From Fidelibacterota bacterium (GTDB lineage: Bacteria; Fidelibacterota; Marinisomatia; Marinisomatales; TCS55): a stretch of 64,000 bases of DNA. Position numbers and translations under genes: made by a program. Position 1 is the stretch's first letter. Every line of letters starts with the position of its first letter. This document shows, in pieces, positions 11,101-20,976 of the stretch. The stretch is taken from NCBI GenBank assembly GCA_046861385.1, contig JBHHTW010000007.1:11775-75774 (forward strand). Reading direction: 5' to 3'. A model generated the notes under the pieces. The model searched no databases. It saw only the letters and a program-made list of their open reading frames with translations, and was not told the origin of the DNA.

Positions 11101-11473
11101 TCAGAGGTTTTTCGGCAATAACAATAACTTCTTGGCCCTCAATCGCCTCGGGCTCTAATTCAATGTTGTATAAATTTGTTGTCAAGTCCTTTGTTACTCG
11201 GACATCCTTCATGGTTATTTCAGCATATCCAATGTATGAAAATTTAACATTATACAAACCGGGCTGAACAAACAAAATGAAAAATTCACCGTTCGGGCTT
11301 GTTGCCGCTCCCATCGATGTGCCTTCCAAAAGTACGTTTACTCCCGGGAGTACATTGCCGTTTTCCTTATCGATTACAGTACCTGTTATTTTCCCTGTAT
11401 CACCAGCAGAAATAACCAATGGCAACGCAATGAAAAGAGCTGTTGTTAAAAATTTGATAGAACGTTTTAACAT
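8102..11473 (-). CDS. TonB-dependent receptor with N-terminal carboxypeptidase-regulatory-like domain
   Basis: GKITGTVID...LPGVNV..EGT; plug HVRGGR..EVGYYIDG; GGFNAEYG; LSPRVGMAFPVT; GNPDL; C-terminal PRQIRFGLRINL. Confidence 0.92.
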   Translation of the reverse strand: MLKRSIKFLTTALFIALPLVISAGDTGKITGTVIDKENGNVLPGVNVLLEGTSMGAATSPNGEFFILFVQPGLYNVKFSYIGYAEITMKDVRVTKDLTTNLYNIELEPEAIEGQEVIVIAEKPLIEINATNEVRVIRSEDIQNMPLRGYNSIASLQTGVVSTGGDLHVRGGRTDEVGYYIDGVYVNNPYSSIGASGTSSGGIAATPARGTMEVPNTALEEISFQAGGFNAEYGSANSGIISATTKEGREKLQASFESLTDAGLPTSGDPSAFSYGYNLLSGSVSGPVPGINAIRYSFAGEFKNLDDANSSWGTHPVYTGDLDQTTGLPANGEEFTDANGNGVWDDKNYWVDDGTVYSNPKIGPLQEEAEEYVDANGNGKYDAFHVSGDDIEYQNGPLPNNGSTRSMLNGNVVVNFKDLIGLPLKLKTGGSFFSEERSSYIHSFSLFNYYNDNGSLKLRFPKNESSTSTLYARLTGALAKNTYLSFQVSKFSDQYEEYDPLFGEGNGKFLFDDGSESDIYPFLQYGKRYDYAAESWVTPLLPTAGTRPGLADSVAQFAFAGRVWDDYTKQDMSHLGITGSITKQMGRHEIKAGIDHRKYTIRYYRILAPMRLASTLQQTAPYSAAQKDSLIGTSWDTDENDAISSEEYDTYYDKSIFDAYMNAYADNIGYDLTGQKKLDSGLDGARNPLISAVYIQDKLELKDLILNLGLRYDRIDPDNKRFNPETGGALNIIIDSKTGQLAETVYLDDTNENGEADSDDKYRSLTPTAYDATGKPLQIKSEVRTLLSPRVGMAFPVTDKTVFHAQYGKFIQQPELNRMFISYTRFLANMQQGNYTTSGNPDLQPVITTQYELGFKQLITNDISVDATVFYKQMSGYVTIRNVTDVTGAAYPLNYAVYVNGDYGTVKGLSFAFGMRRINNVQVNANYTLSYAGGTGSNSTRQYTIAWQSGNSPTFVSPLEFDQRHTGNITIDYRTGDHSGLLSNFGVNILAEFGSGTRFTPSHIRSEVFQTSDPSRPIAGLNTGVMPANFNVGLQIDKGFNLMGTRLNVYLQVENVFNSEIVKDVYAATGEPGNDNWLSTAEGKAVWLDKYGESIGADLYNAKISHPYNWGAPRQIRFGLRINL

Positions 11474-11779
11474 AACAATTCTCCGTTTTTTAATTTTATT
11501 GTTGTGTTCATTGACAAAAAAGAACTCCGCACATGTTCAAGGTGAGGGTGATATTAAGTGATTGCAACTATACTATCAATAAATAATTAATATTAAGAAC
11601 AATTGACAATAATAATAGGAAGGTGATATTTGAGCAATTATATCTACTTATTTTGTCACGTGGATAGTCGAAGCTTTTAATAAAAGACTGGTCGTCAAAA
11701 ATTTTATTATTTCCTGCCTTTTGTCTCTCCTCGGTTTATTGTAAATCTTAAACAGTAATGTAAATCAATTATATACTGT

Positions 11780-13228
11780 TTACCAATCGTCTCCGTATGG
11801 GCCGCCGTAGATACCCATATCATTTCTTGTCCCATTAACGTCTTTGAATATATCTCCAGGATGGCCTGCGTTCAAAGCTGGAGAATCAGTAAATAAATGA
11901 TAGTCTCCTCTATCTGCATTCATAAAAAGTGGATTTAAATTAATATTACCATTTCCTGAAACAACCCTGAATTCGTCCGAGAGCGTATAAATCGCGGAGG
12001 TTGGGTATAATTTATAATCATCTTCACCGCCATTTTTCCATACAATTGAATTTAAGATTGTAATATTTCCATTATTAACAATAGCGCCGCTATTACTTCT
12101 ACTGGATGTTATGTTCCTGTAAAAAACACAATTCACTATATTGGCATTGCCGGTTTCTCCAATAATTAATGCACCTCCAAGTCCGCTTCTGTTTTTCTCA
12201 AATAAACAATTATTTATTTCTGTATCAGAATTGATGATTATAGCTCCACCTTCCCTATTTGTACTATTCCGGTTAAATTTTGTATTACGAATGAATAATT
12301 GGCCATCATGTTGATAAAGGCCCGCGCCGGATCCTGGTATTTGCGTATAGTTATTTCTAATGTTGCAATTAATAATTGAATTTTGCCCATCAGATAAGAT
12401 GCCTCCTCCTCGTACTTGAGAAATATTATTCACGAGAGAGCATTTCTCTAACAAAGCATTGTTTTGTAAATACACCCCACCGCCCATACCGTACGGATAA
12501 ATCTGTGTTTTAGTATCATTAGAAACCGCCCGGTTACTTCGGATAATACAATTTCTGATGATTGCAGTACCGCTGGCATGAACGCCGCCTCCAGCCAACG
12601 CGCGGCCTCCAGTGACTGTGAATCCAACGAGCTGACCTTTATTGATCGTCACCACAGATCCCGTGTCTGGAGCTGCCCCCAACACTGTAATTTCCGGTAT
12701 TAAAACACCTCGAATAACTACTTTTTTATCTAGAAATTTAAAATGATCCCGATAAAGACCGGGGAAAACATTTATAGTATCTCCATCATCAATAAAGTGA
12801 GAATCAAAAGCCAGCTGCAAAGAATCATATTGTTCCGGAACTTTTATAGAAGACACGTTTGGAACCTCCAGCGGCGCTGACAGGGCATGGATAAATTGAT
12901 CATCTTGATCGACCATACGAACCCGATATTGAAAGGTGACGTCATCATCAATTATATCCGTATAGGTCACTTGTAAGGAGTCTGGAATATGAACCCTTTC
13001 TTCCCAAACCATACTATCGCCATAGGCGGCGGAACGTTCAACTAAAAATTCCTTAAACTTCGTTATCGTTATTTTAGACCATTCTATGGTTACAGCGGTC
13101 GGAATATATATTTTTTCTCCATTATAGTTATGGGTAACCCTAAATATGTCGTCTTCCGTCGGCTGGGTGGAAAAGGGCGATTCACATGCAAGAAAAATTA
13201 TTACGAATATCAGGGCTAATCGCTTCAT
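11780..13228 (-). CDS. Lipoprotein with FN3-like domain and right-handed beta-helix (pectin-lyase-like/Pmp) repeats
   Basis: Lipobox FLAC; GGGV/GGAI and FxxN repeats; C-terminal YHL..DSPALNAG.P...RNDMGIYGG. Confidence 0.75.
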   Translation of the reverse strand: MKRLALIFVIIFLACESPFSTQPTEDDIFRVTHNYNGEKIYIPTAVTIEWSKITITKFKEFLVERSAAYGDSMVWEERVHIPDSLQVTYTDIIDDDVTFQYRVRMVDQDDQFIHALSAPLEVPNVSSIKVPEQYDSLQLAFDSHFIDDGDTINVFPGLYRDHFKFLDKKVVIRGVLIPEITVLGAAPDTGSVVTINKGQLVGFTVTGGRALAGGGVHASGTAIIRNCIIRSNRAVSNDTKTQIYPYGMGGGVYLQNNALLEKCSLVNNISQVRGGGILSDGQNSIINCNIRNNYTQIPGSGAGLYQHDGQLFIRNTKFNRNSTNREGGAIIINSDTEINNCLFEKNRSGLGGALIIGETGNANIVNCVFYRNITSSRSNSGAIVNNGNITILNSIVWKNGGEDDYKLYPTSAIYTLSDEFRVVSGNGNINLNPLFMNADRGDYHLFTDSPALNAGHPGDIFKDVNGTRNDMGIYGGPYGDDW

Positions 13229-13231
13229 GGA

Positions 13232-15430
13232 TTATATACTAATTTTCAGTGTAATTATTTCCCGGTAGCGCTCAAAATAATTGAATCCTTGTCGGATGCT
13301 TTCTTCCAAGGTTAAATCCAACTCGTCTTTAGACATCATATTTCTTACGGTGTATGATAAACTGCAATTAATCTTCCAGATTTTCTTTTTCAATGAAACA
13401 TTTAAATTTGAATTTTCCTGTGGTTTGCGAATTCCTTCACCAAAACCATTAATATAATAAAATTGCTGACCTTCGATCAAATAATCATAACTAAAGGTTA
13501 ACCATCCAAGATTTAACTCTGCGGTAGACACAAAACGATATTCTGGTTTATTTGGAAATACTCGAATATTACTGATTCCCAACCATGTGCCGCTGCTGCT
13601 AACTGAGAATTTATCATTAAACATTTTCATCTTTAATGCCGCTTCAAATCCACGAATATCGGCAGTGAGATCATTAAAGGGAACAGCGGGCCCAACTTCA
13701 ACGGGACGATAGGCAATTTTGTTAGTGTAATCATGAATGAACACGCCTAAAATGATGTTTATTTCTGAAATAGGAAAATCGGTCTGAATATCCATAAATG
13801 TCATATCCATATTTATTTCGGTGGCCGATAAATTTTCCCGGGTTAACACAGTATCCATTGAACTGTCAAACTCGGCATGCACAAACCGGAATTGGTCGCT
13901 CAAGGTCGGTAACCGAGAATTGCTGCCTGAGTTAACAAATAGTGAATAGCGCAATTGATTTGTTTGCCCGTCTATATGCACGCCCAAGCGCTTACTGGAC
14001 ACTAATAATGAAGACGAATTGTAATCTAAAAGGTTGTTTTCGTTTGGTATCCCATTTGTATAATATCTAGTTAACTCATTCCGAATTGTTTTTATATTGT
14101 TTCGTCGATAACTAAATTCCCAGTTTATGTGATCAATGACAGGGCTGTCGCTTATAATCGCCCAGCGCGAAACCCATGCAAGCGCATTTGTTTTTCTTGA
14201 CATTTCAGCAATTTTATCTACTGTTGAAAATCCATCAACGTCATAATATGATCGGTCTCCGTTAAAATATTGTTCTTCAGACTCCAGCTGAATAGTGTTT
14301 TTTATATCTTGAATTGAAAATCCTTTTGATGCTTGCAAGGTAAGTGATCCATCTTCAAGGAGTTCATTAATACTCGTAAAATAATCTTGATTTAATTCCC
14401 AGTTTCTTTGTCCTGCCATAAATGTCCAATTCTTCGAATTCATTATTGAACCTTCATATTTACCGCTTATGACTTTCAGTCCATCATCCGAAGTCACACT
14501 CCCGGATTCAAATTCTAGAGTTTTATCCAGCTTATACCAGCTAATATCGAATCTGCCTAAATAGAGGTTTAAGCCTCCAAATGCATTATTAAAAATGGAC
14601 GTTGTAATGGTCCGTCCGCCATAGGCTCTCTTTTTCCCGGTAAATCGACCGCCAACACCTACCGGACCGTAAACACCGGTTGCGCCGAATGACTGGTCAA
14701 GATCATCGCTATATGTTTGACCAAATCCTTCTGTAACATATCCGGAATTATTTTTTGCCTTTTTGCTTTCGACGTTCACCACCCCGCCGATAGCATCACT
14801 TCCAAACAAGGCAGAGCCTCCTCCTTTAACGACTTGAATTTGATCAATAGAATTCAAATCAAGAAAAGACAAATCCGCTACCCCGGTATTGGAGTCATTA
14901 ATTCGTACACCGTCAAGAAAAACAGCAACATCTGTCGCATTGCTGCCTCGAATGCTTACAGTTTGTTTCCCGCTGTTAGCATAATTTAATTGCAGACTGG
15001 ACACCCGTCTCAAGGCGCTGCCGATATCCCTGGCTCCCTGCAATTCAATCACTTCAATATCAATACGGTCTACAGCAGATGCTACATCAATTTCTACTTT
15101 TCTTCGCGCACCAACCACATCAATTTCCTGGCCGGAGATGATAGCAGCTTTTAATTCAACCAGTAAAAAACTATCGTTTTTTACCGTGATTGTCATCGGA
15201 TCATAACCAATATGTGAAATTTTAATTGAAAATGGGAAATTTTGCTTGGTTGAAAGTGTGAAAAGACCTTCCACATCGGAAGCCGTGCCCTCATCACTGT
15301 TGGCAATTGATATATTAACACCGGCTACAGGTGCGCCATTTTTTGCGTTTACAGTTTGTCCGGGAATTTCATGCACCTGTGCCAATATGCAGGATAATGA
15401 AAAAAGGGAAAAAGATATGGATCGGATCAT
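13232..15430 (-). CDS. TonB-dependent receptor
   Basis: CarboxypepD_reg-like N-terminus; plug SIRGS...VFLDGV; IQVVKGGGSALFGSDAIGGVVN. Confidence 0.85.
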   Translation of the reverse strand: MIRSISFSLFSLSCILAQVHEIPGQTVNAKNGAPVAGVNISIANSDEGTASDVEGLFTLSTKQNFPFSIKISHIGYDPMTITVKNDSFLLVELKAAIISGQEIDVVGARRKVEIDVASAVDRIDIEVIELQGARDIGSALRRVSSLQLNYANSGKQTVSIRGSNATDVAVFLDGVRINDSNTGVADLSFLDLNSIDQIQVVKGGGSALFGSDAIGGVVNVESKKAKNNSGYVTEGFGQTYSDDLDQSFGATGVYGPVGVGGRFTGKKRAYGGRTITTSIFNNAFGGLNLYLGRFDISWYKLDKTLEFESGSVTSDDGLKVISGKYEGSIMNSKNWTFMAGQRNWELNQDYFTSINELLEDGSLTLQASKGFSIQDIKNTIQLESEEQYFNGDRSYYDVDGFSTVDKIAEMSRKTNALAWVSRWAIISDSPVIDHINWEFSYRRNNIKTIRNELTRYYTNGIPNENNLLDYNSSSLLVSSKRLGVHIDGQTNQLRYSLFVNSGSNSRLPTLSDQFRFVHAEFDSSMDTVLTRENLSATEINMDMTFMDIQTDFPISEINIILGVFIHDYTNKIAYRPVEVGPAVPFNDLTADIRGFEAALKMKMFNDKFSVSSSGTWLGISNIRVFPNKPEYRFVSTAELNLGWLTFSYDYLIEGQQFYYINGFGEGIRKPQENSNLNVSLKKKIWKINCSLSYTVRNMMSKDELDLTLEESIRQGFNYFERYREIITLKISI

Positions 15431-15581
15431 TATAATATCATCAAACTAATGGAGTGGAAATTAATGTATTTTGAAAGAGAATCTATCTATTTTACTGTTT
15501 CTGATTTTCGACCCAACCTATTATATATAAAGTGGGAACAACTTTTGAATTGCCCCCACCACAATAAATTTGCCTACTTTA

Positions 15582-18353
15582 CTATTTACGCTTATCCACT
15601 ATCGCCAAAAGTGCCGGTAAAACAAATATGGATGCTAATAAGCAGGTACCAACACCTATAAAAAGCGCTATTCCAAGACTGCCGAAACCACGGTAAACAG
15701 CAAATACCAACGAACCAAATGCCAGCATTGTTGTCAGCGAGGTTATGATGATCGCCTTGCCTGTGGAACTGAAAACAGTAAATATTGCGCCCTTACCTTC
15801 ATGGTGGTAACGATGAATTAAATGGACGCCGTCATCAATACCAATACCAATGATCAGTGGAATCGCCATGATATTCAGCAGCGTTAGCTGGATGCCGGTC
15901 AGGCCCATAATTCCCACCATCCATATGACTCCGAAAAAGAGCGGGATCATAGCCAGCAGGGCTTTTTTCAGCGACCTGAAATCAAACCACAGGAATAGTA
16001 CCACCACTACAATCGTCAGTACTGCGGCCCGGCGGCCATCGGCGCCGATGATCTTCATCAGATAATAAAACATGGGCGGTGTTCCAGAAATGCTGGGAGA
16101 AATAGCTAAAATATCATTAGTGAATACTTCCAGATAATCAATACTCCAGATATTACCTTTGGGGTAGAGTGTCAGCAGAAACCGCTCACCCTTCTCGCTC
16201 ATATGAGTACTTTTTACGGAAGCCGGTAACATATCCAGCGTGATTGTAGTCGTATCAGCCATGTTTAGGACCAGGCTGCGATAAGCGTCTCCGAATTCCT
16301 GATTGAATTCGCCCAGCCGTTCCAACCGTACAGGTTTTTTCTCCATGCGGGCAATGAAACGACTCAGATTGCCAACCAATTGCGGTTGATCAGGATTGCC
16401 CACAATTCGAGTTGCTTTCTGATCTATCATATCCTGGCCACCTGTGAACGCCATATCCTGCATTTCAATGACGTTGGCCTCCAAACGGTATAACTCATCG
16501 ATTATCCCGGCTCGTTGAACAGCGGTAATACTTGAAGTCACGGTAGCCCGTTCCATTTTTTCACCGATTCGCATAATACCTGGCTTTCGTTTGTTCTGTT
16601 CTACCGCATAAGGCAAGTAATCAGATATGGATTCTACATAACTTATCGATGATTTTTTCTTTGCTGCTTCGGTGTATTCATGGTTCTGCTCTAGTGATGT
16701 AGCAGTCATCAGAGCCGCATCGGCAGAGAAATTGAACTTTTCAATGATCAAATCATTCAGGGCGATGGATTCAAGACCTTCCGGTTCCATGTTCAGGTAA
16801 TTGTAATCAAAGGTGACTCGCATCATCATGAAACCAAAAAACAGGGAGACAATTAGCCCAGCCACAAGAGAGAATCGCCACTTGCGGTGAATTCCTTCAC
16901 CAATTTTTCCGATCCGGGCATAGGCCACATCGCGGGTTTTTTTCAATTCCTTGCCGCGCCAAACCCGGTAACGCTCTCGCAGCATCAACATTGTTGGCAT
17001 GGCAATCAGGGTGGCAATCATGATAACAATTAACCCCATGCCGCATACCAAACCAAATTCCGATATCCCGGCGCTACGCCCGACCAACAAGGTGAGAAAG
17101 GCGGCCGCAGTTGTCAAGCCACCGGTAATGATTCCGCCACCGACCTTCTGCAGGGTTTCGATGATTGCCTGCTTCGGCTCAGTGCCTTTATTTACCAATT
17201 CTGAAAAAACTGAAATAATATGGATCGAGAAATCAATTCCAAGCCCCACCAATACCACCGCCATCATGGCGGTGAACATATTCAGGGTCTGTACCAACAA
17301 CCAGGCCATACCCATGGCCCAAGTAATGCCAATGATAAGATTTAGCACCGCCATGACCGGAGAACTGACCATCCTGAAAGTAAAGATAAACAGGATCAGG
17401 ATCAGAATTAATGCCAACATTGTCAACCACATGGAATCTTCCACGGCGGCCACCATCTCATCGCGTCCCAACACCAGTGCGCCGGTCAGTCCGGTCTTGA
17501 TATTGTAGTTGACGGCTTCCTTTTTAACCATTTCTTCCAAGCCGTTCACCATTGGCATTAGATGATCCATCTCCATAATGCTGAAACTTGCCTCAACCGT
17601 GATCAACAACAAAGAGCGATCAGGTGATACCAGATAGGGGTTTCCGATGGCGGCCGCTTCCGCCGCCAGCGGCCCTCTGGTTGGATCGAATTCATCACCA
17701 TATAGGGCCAACTCAGTGTGGTCAACCCAGCTTTCAATTCCATCCAAAAACATCGTTGCTGCCTGCTCACGCTGGGTGGTGGATATTTTTTCTTCGGACT
17801 GGATATATTCTTTTTCCAGACTATTATTAAGATTTGTCAAATACGGTAGCAGATTCGGATTCTCAAAAATTTCCTGCGTATTTTTCAAATCTTTGGGTTT
17901 GATCAACATCAACCCATGGTTACGGATGAATTCGGTTGGCTGCATATATTCTACGCGTTTTATGTATTGATCATTTCCTTCGATTTTACCCGCAGCTACT
18001 TTGTCTCGAGCCTTTTGCAATTGTTTTTTTACATTGTCTGAGCCATTGGTTTCGATCCAGGATTCAAGTTTCTTAACCCGAGGGGTTATTTCCTCGGCAA
18101 ACCGGATCATGTCCTTCATTTCTCCTTGGGCTACAATGAAAATGGTGGAAGCTCCATTGAATTCTTCAAAAATATAGTTGAACTCATCAACCATTGGATC
18201 ATCCTTAGGCAGAAGTCCGGTCATGTCCATTGTCATTTCCAGTTGTTCGGATAATCCGCCAAAAAAGATGGTCAGAGCGATAATAACCAATAGCATCCAC
18301 CAAGTTTTTTCGCCGGCCCAGCGGCCTAAAGTTGTTAAAAATCTCTGTTGCAT
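15582..18353 (-). CDS. MMPL/RND-family transporter
   Basis: Two TM repeats with GLGIDFSIH and GIGIDDGVH motifs, separated by large periplasmic domains. Confidence 0.92.
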   Translation of the reverse strand: MQQRFLTTLGRWAGEKTWWMLLVIIALTIFFGGLSEQLEMTMDMTGLLPKDDPMVDEFNYIFEEFNGASTIFIVAQGEMKDMIRFAEEITPRVKKLESWIETNGSDNVKKQLQKARDKVAAGKIEGNDQYIKRVEYMQPTEFIRNHGLMLIKPKDLKNTQEIFENPNLLPYLTNLNNSLEKEYIQSEEKISTTQREQAATMFLDGIESWVDHTELALYGDEFDPTRGPLAAEAAAIGNPYLVSPDRSLLLITVEASFSIMEMDHLMPMVNGLEEMVKKEAVNYNIKTGLTGALVLGRDEMVAAVEDSMWLTMLALILILILFIFTFRMVSSPVMAVLNLIIGITWAMGMAWLLVQTLNMFTAMMAVVLVGLGIDFSIHIISVFSELVNKGTEPKQAIIETLQKVGGGIITGGLTTAAAFLTLLVGRSAGISEFGLVCGMGLIVIMIATLIAMPTMLMLRERYRVWRGKELKKTRDVAYARIGKIGEGIHRKWRFSLVAGLIVSLFFGFMMMRVTFDYNYLNMEPEGLESIALNDLIIEKFNFSADAALMTATSLEQNHEYTEAAKKKSSISYVESISDYLPYAVEQNKRKPGIMRIGEKMERATVTSSITAVQRAGIIDELYRLEANVIEMQDMAFTGGQDMIDQKATRIVGNPDQPQLVGNLSRFIARMEKKPVRLERLGEFNQEFGDAYRSLVLNMADTTTITLDMLPASVKSTHMSEKGERFLLTLYPKGNIWSIDYLEVFTNDILAISPSISGTPPMFYYLMKIIGADGRRAAVLTIVVVVLFLWFDFRSLKKALLAMIPLFFGVIWMVGIMGLTGIQLTLLNIMAIPLIIGIGIDDGVHLIHRYHHEGKGAIFTVFSSTGKAIIITSLTTMLAFGSLVFAVYRGFGSLGIALFIGVGTCLLASIFVLPALLAIVDKRK

Positions 18354-18391
18354 TTTATTCCCTTTCCAAAATTCGATTCATTATTCTCAAA

Positions 18392-19588
18392 TTAAAAATA
18401 GGCTCTAAGTCGCAAGCGCAGACCGGCGCTTTGATAGCCGAATTCGTCACGATTTTCACCGATAAAAATTGATCCCACAAAACTTAATTCCACATCTTCA
18501 AAAATATTGTAATCCAATTGGGGATTGATAGCCAAGCTGCCATCATCAAGGTTTCCAATTCCGAACAGGGAGCCTGACAACAAGTCGCCCAATGGATACA
18601 TTGCCATCAGGAAAAAATAATTTTGATTTAAGCTTTTTCGCTGCCCCGCCAAATAGATAAAATAATCGTCGAATTTGGTTTCGTTAACCTTTACACCAAA
18701 ATCATTATGGTAAAATTCCCCCAGCAGGTAGAGCGAATTCTCAAAAGTATAGTCTCCACCGATAATGAATTCATATTTCAGGCTGTCGCTGTTATCATCC
18801 ATTCGGTTAACGCCTAATTCAGCCCTGGCGCCTAACCCAAATAATTCGCCTTCCAGGTTAATCCCGCCCAGCTCCCGGCTCCAGTTTCTGACGAATAATA
18901 AACCCGTTTCAGAATAATCGGATTTTCCATACAGCAGAGATAAATCAAACTGCCCCAGGCCGGTTTTAATCTGATAGTACTGTGTAGAATTGTTCCAGGA
19001 ATCGATTGGTTGAATTATTCCCGTGAAGGTTATCAACCCGAACGGCACATCGATCCGAGTGGCTGGAACCCCCACTTGTTCATAGGTTGGATCCATGACA
19101 TCCTTGGTATTGAACAGGTCGGTTGGGTTCCAGGCATAGCCCACGCCCGATGGAATTTGCTGGCGTCCAAGGGTCAGGTCGAAGCGGTCGTGATGAAACT
19201 CTAGAAAAGCATTATCCAGAAACAGAGTGTCTGGCAATGAATAGGAAAGATCATCCACAATAAATGTCAATGGTTGACCCGATATAGTATCCTTGACCAC
19301 TTCTCCGTATTCGTTGATAACAGGCAAAATAGGCCAGTAGGATTGATCGATAAATTCCATGAAATTAAAAGTTGAATTGCCATCATAGTATTTTGACACC
19401 AGGTTGGCGCTGATGCGAATCCGATCGGTAGGGGCACTGTCCAAATCCAAGCGGAATTTGTGGTAGCCGAAATAAAATTGGTTGTCCGGCAGACTAAAAT
19501 AGTCTGCTTCTGCTTCGTAGTAGCCGTACCAGTCCGCCTGAGCAAACAATATTTTAATAAGTATGGTTGTTGTAATTAATATTCGCAT
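18392..19588 (-). CDS. Outer-membrane beta-barrel (porin-like) of the MMPL operon
   Basis: Signal peptide; LTLGRQQIPSGVGYAWNPTD; alternating beta pattern; terminal Phe. Confidence 0.7.
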   Translation of the reverse strand: MRILITTTILIKILFAQADWYGYYEAEADYFSLPDNQFYFGYHKFRLDLDSAPTDRIRISANLVSKYYDGNSTFNFMEFIDQSYWPILPVINEYGEVVKDTISGQPLTFIVDDLSYSLPDTLFLDNAFLEFHHDRFDLTLGRQQIPSGVGYAWNPTDLFNTKDVMDPTYEQVGVPATRIDVPFGLITFTGIIQPIDSWNNSTQYYQIKTGLGQFDLSLLYGKSDYSETGLLFVRNWSRELGGINLEGELFGLGARAELGVNRMDDNSDSLKYEFIIGGDYTFENSLYLLGEFYHNDFGVKVNETKFDDYFIYLAGQRKSLNQNYFFLMAMYPLGDLLSGSLFGIGNLDDGSLAINPQLDYNIFEDVELSFVGSIFIGENRDEFGYQSAGLRLRLRAYF

Positions 19589-19635
19589 TTTTTCTGCATT
19601 CTTGTTTTATCAAATATGGTTAAATATCCCTGGTA

Positions 19636-20379
19636 TCATTTCTTCAAATTCCGTTCGCTGAAAAAATTCTTCTCAAAGGTGATGTCGTAGGTCACTTCCA
19701 CATACTCCATCAATGTCTGGGTTTTTTCCAGATGGTTTTTCATAATCATTTTAAATGGTGTCAAGATGCCTTCGATATTACGGATATCCTCCATCAGCAA
19801 CGATTTGGCAAAAATTCCGTTTTTATCATAATAATCGATGCGCACCGGAAATAAATCACCCGTACGGGACCAGATGACCATTTTCGAATAGGACAAGTCC
19901 TCGGTTTTAGGTGTCATCTCCAGCAGCCAACACTTTTCACCTTCTATCTTTTCAGAACCTGTTATTTTTGGAATGTAGTCAGCGCTCCAACTATCTCCAG
20001 AACCCATATCTTCATAAGTAAAATCAGAACCTTCGAATTTCTGTTTTTTGGCGTGGGAGGCCAGTTTCCGTACGCGGTTAGTTCGTTTATTGTACATCCA
20101 GATGTTATCAGAAAAATCTGTCATCAGCATGGCATTACCCTTCACCCTGCCTGGAGCCCGGTAGCGAATCAACTGGTTTTCGCCTTTATTGCCAGCGAAG
20201 GTTTCGTACTCAAAAGTGCGCAGTTGACCCGAGGTAGTCTCAATTGTCTGTTTCATAATTCCCCGGGCATTAACTGGATTCATCAGATCAATAATCTTGT
20301 CCAGCACGGAATTACCACTGGGCGGTTGGGCCGCAAGGCCCGCGATTAGACTAAGAAGAATAAGTACAACCTTTTTCAT
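19636..20379 (-). CDS. Outer-membrane lipoprotein-sorting (LolA-like) protein
   Basis: Signal peptide; P..VKG.A.L; IWMY...RVRKL; FEGSDFTYEDM; FSERNL. Confidence 0.88.
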   Translation of the reverse strand: MKKVVLILLSLIAGLAAQPPSGNSVLDKIIDLMNPVNARGIMKQTIETTSGQLRTFEYETFAGNKGENQLIRYRAPGRVKGNAMLMTDFSDNIWMYNKRTNRVRKLASHAKKQKFEGSDFTYEDMGSGDSWSADYIPKITGSEKIEGEKCWLLEMTPKTEDLSYSKMVIWSRTGDLFPVRIDYYDKNGIFAKSLLMEDIRNIEGILTPFKMIMKNHLEKTQTLMEYVEVTYDITFEKNFFSERNLKK

Positions 20380-20957
20380 TTTTCAATTCCTTTCATAAAT
20401 GAGCGAATTGCTTCATCTTTAATTTTTTTAAAATCCATGCGATCTCTAATCATCAGGTATTGCCAGACCAATCCATCGATAAAACCCATCAGCAGGGTGG
20501 CTACGCCAACATAATTCATAGTGCGGAATTCATCTTTGGCAACACCGTCCTGTAAAATGGCAATAATTATCGCACGATATTCGTCGTACATATCCGCTAG
20601 GGCGGAAGTACCCGTTTTATGCCAGAGTCCCCGGGCTGCTTGAGCCATTATTTCCGAGACGATTAACAGGGTGTCTCCCATGTGGACGATCATTTCAATG
20701 CTTTCATCCATTAAGTTTAATATTTTTTCTGACGGACTGTTGGTCGCTGATGTTAACTCCCGCAAGGGTTCGATCATTCCCGATATAAAGAATTCTTCAA
20801 TAGCTTCAAACAGTTCATCTTTACTGCGGAAATATTCATAAATAGTGCCTTTACCGATTCCGGCTTCTTCTGCAATATCTGCAATTTTACCCCGCTCCAG
20901 GCCTGTACGAGCAAAAACAGTAATTGCAGCATGGATGATTAATTCTTTTTTTGTCAT
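20376..20957 (-). CDS. TetR/AcrR family regulator
   Basis: IADIAEEAGIGKGTIYEYFRSKDELF helix-turn-helix. Confidence 0.95.
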   Translation of the reverse strand: MTKKELIIHAAITVFARTGLERGKIADIAEEAGIGKGTIYEYFRSKDELFEAIEEFFISGMIEPLRELTSATNSPSEKILNLMDESIEMIVHMGDTLLIVSEIMAQAARGLWHKTGTSALADMYDEYRAIIIAILQDGVAKDEFRTMNYVGVATLLMGFIDGLVWQYLMIRDRMDFKKIKDEAIRSFMKGIEK

Positions 20958-20976
20958 ATTAAAATTTCTTTGTATT

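Noticed and set aside
11652-11667. parS-like TTTGTCACGTGGATAG
   Set aside because: Too many mismatches to the parS palindrome.
11686-11696. GACTGGTCG shared with the TetR operator, upstream of the TonB cassette
   Set aside because: Only a partial match, and a similar string occurs inside a CDS (14691); could be chance.
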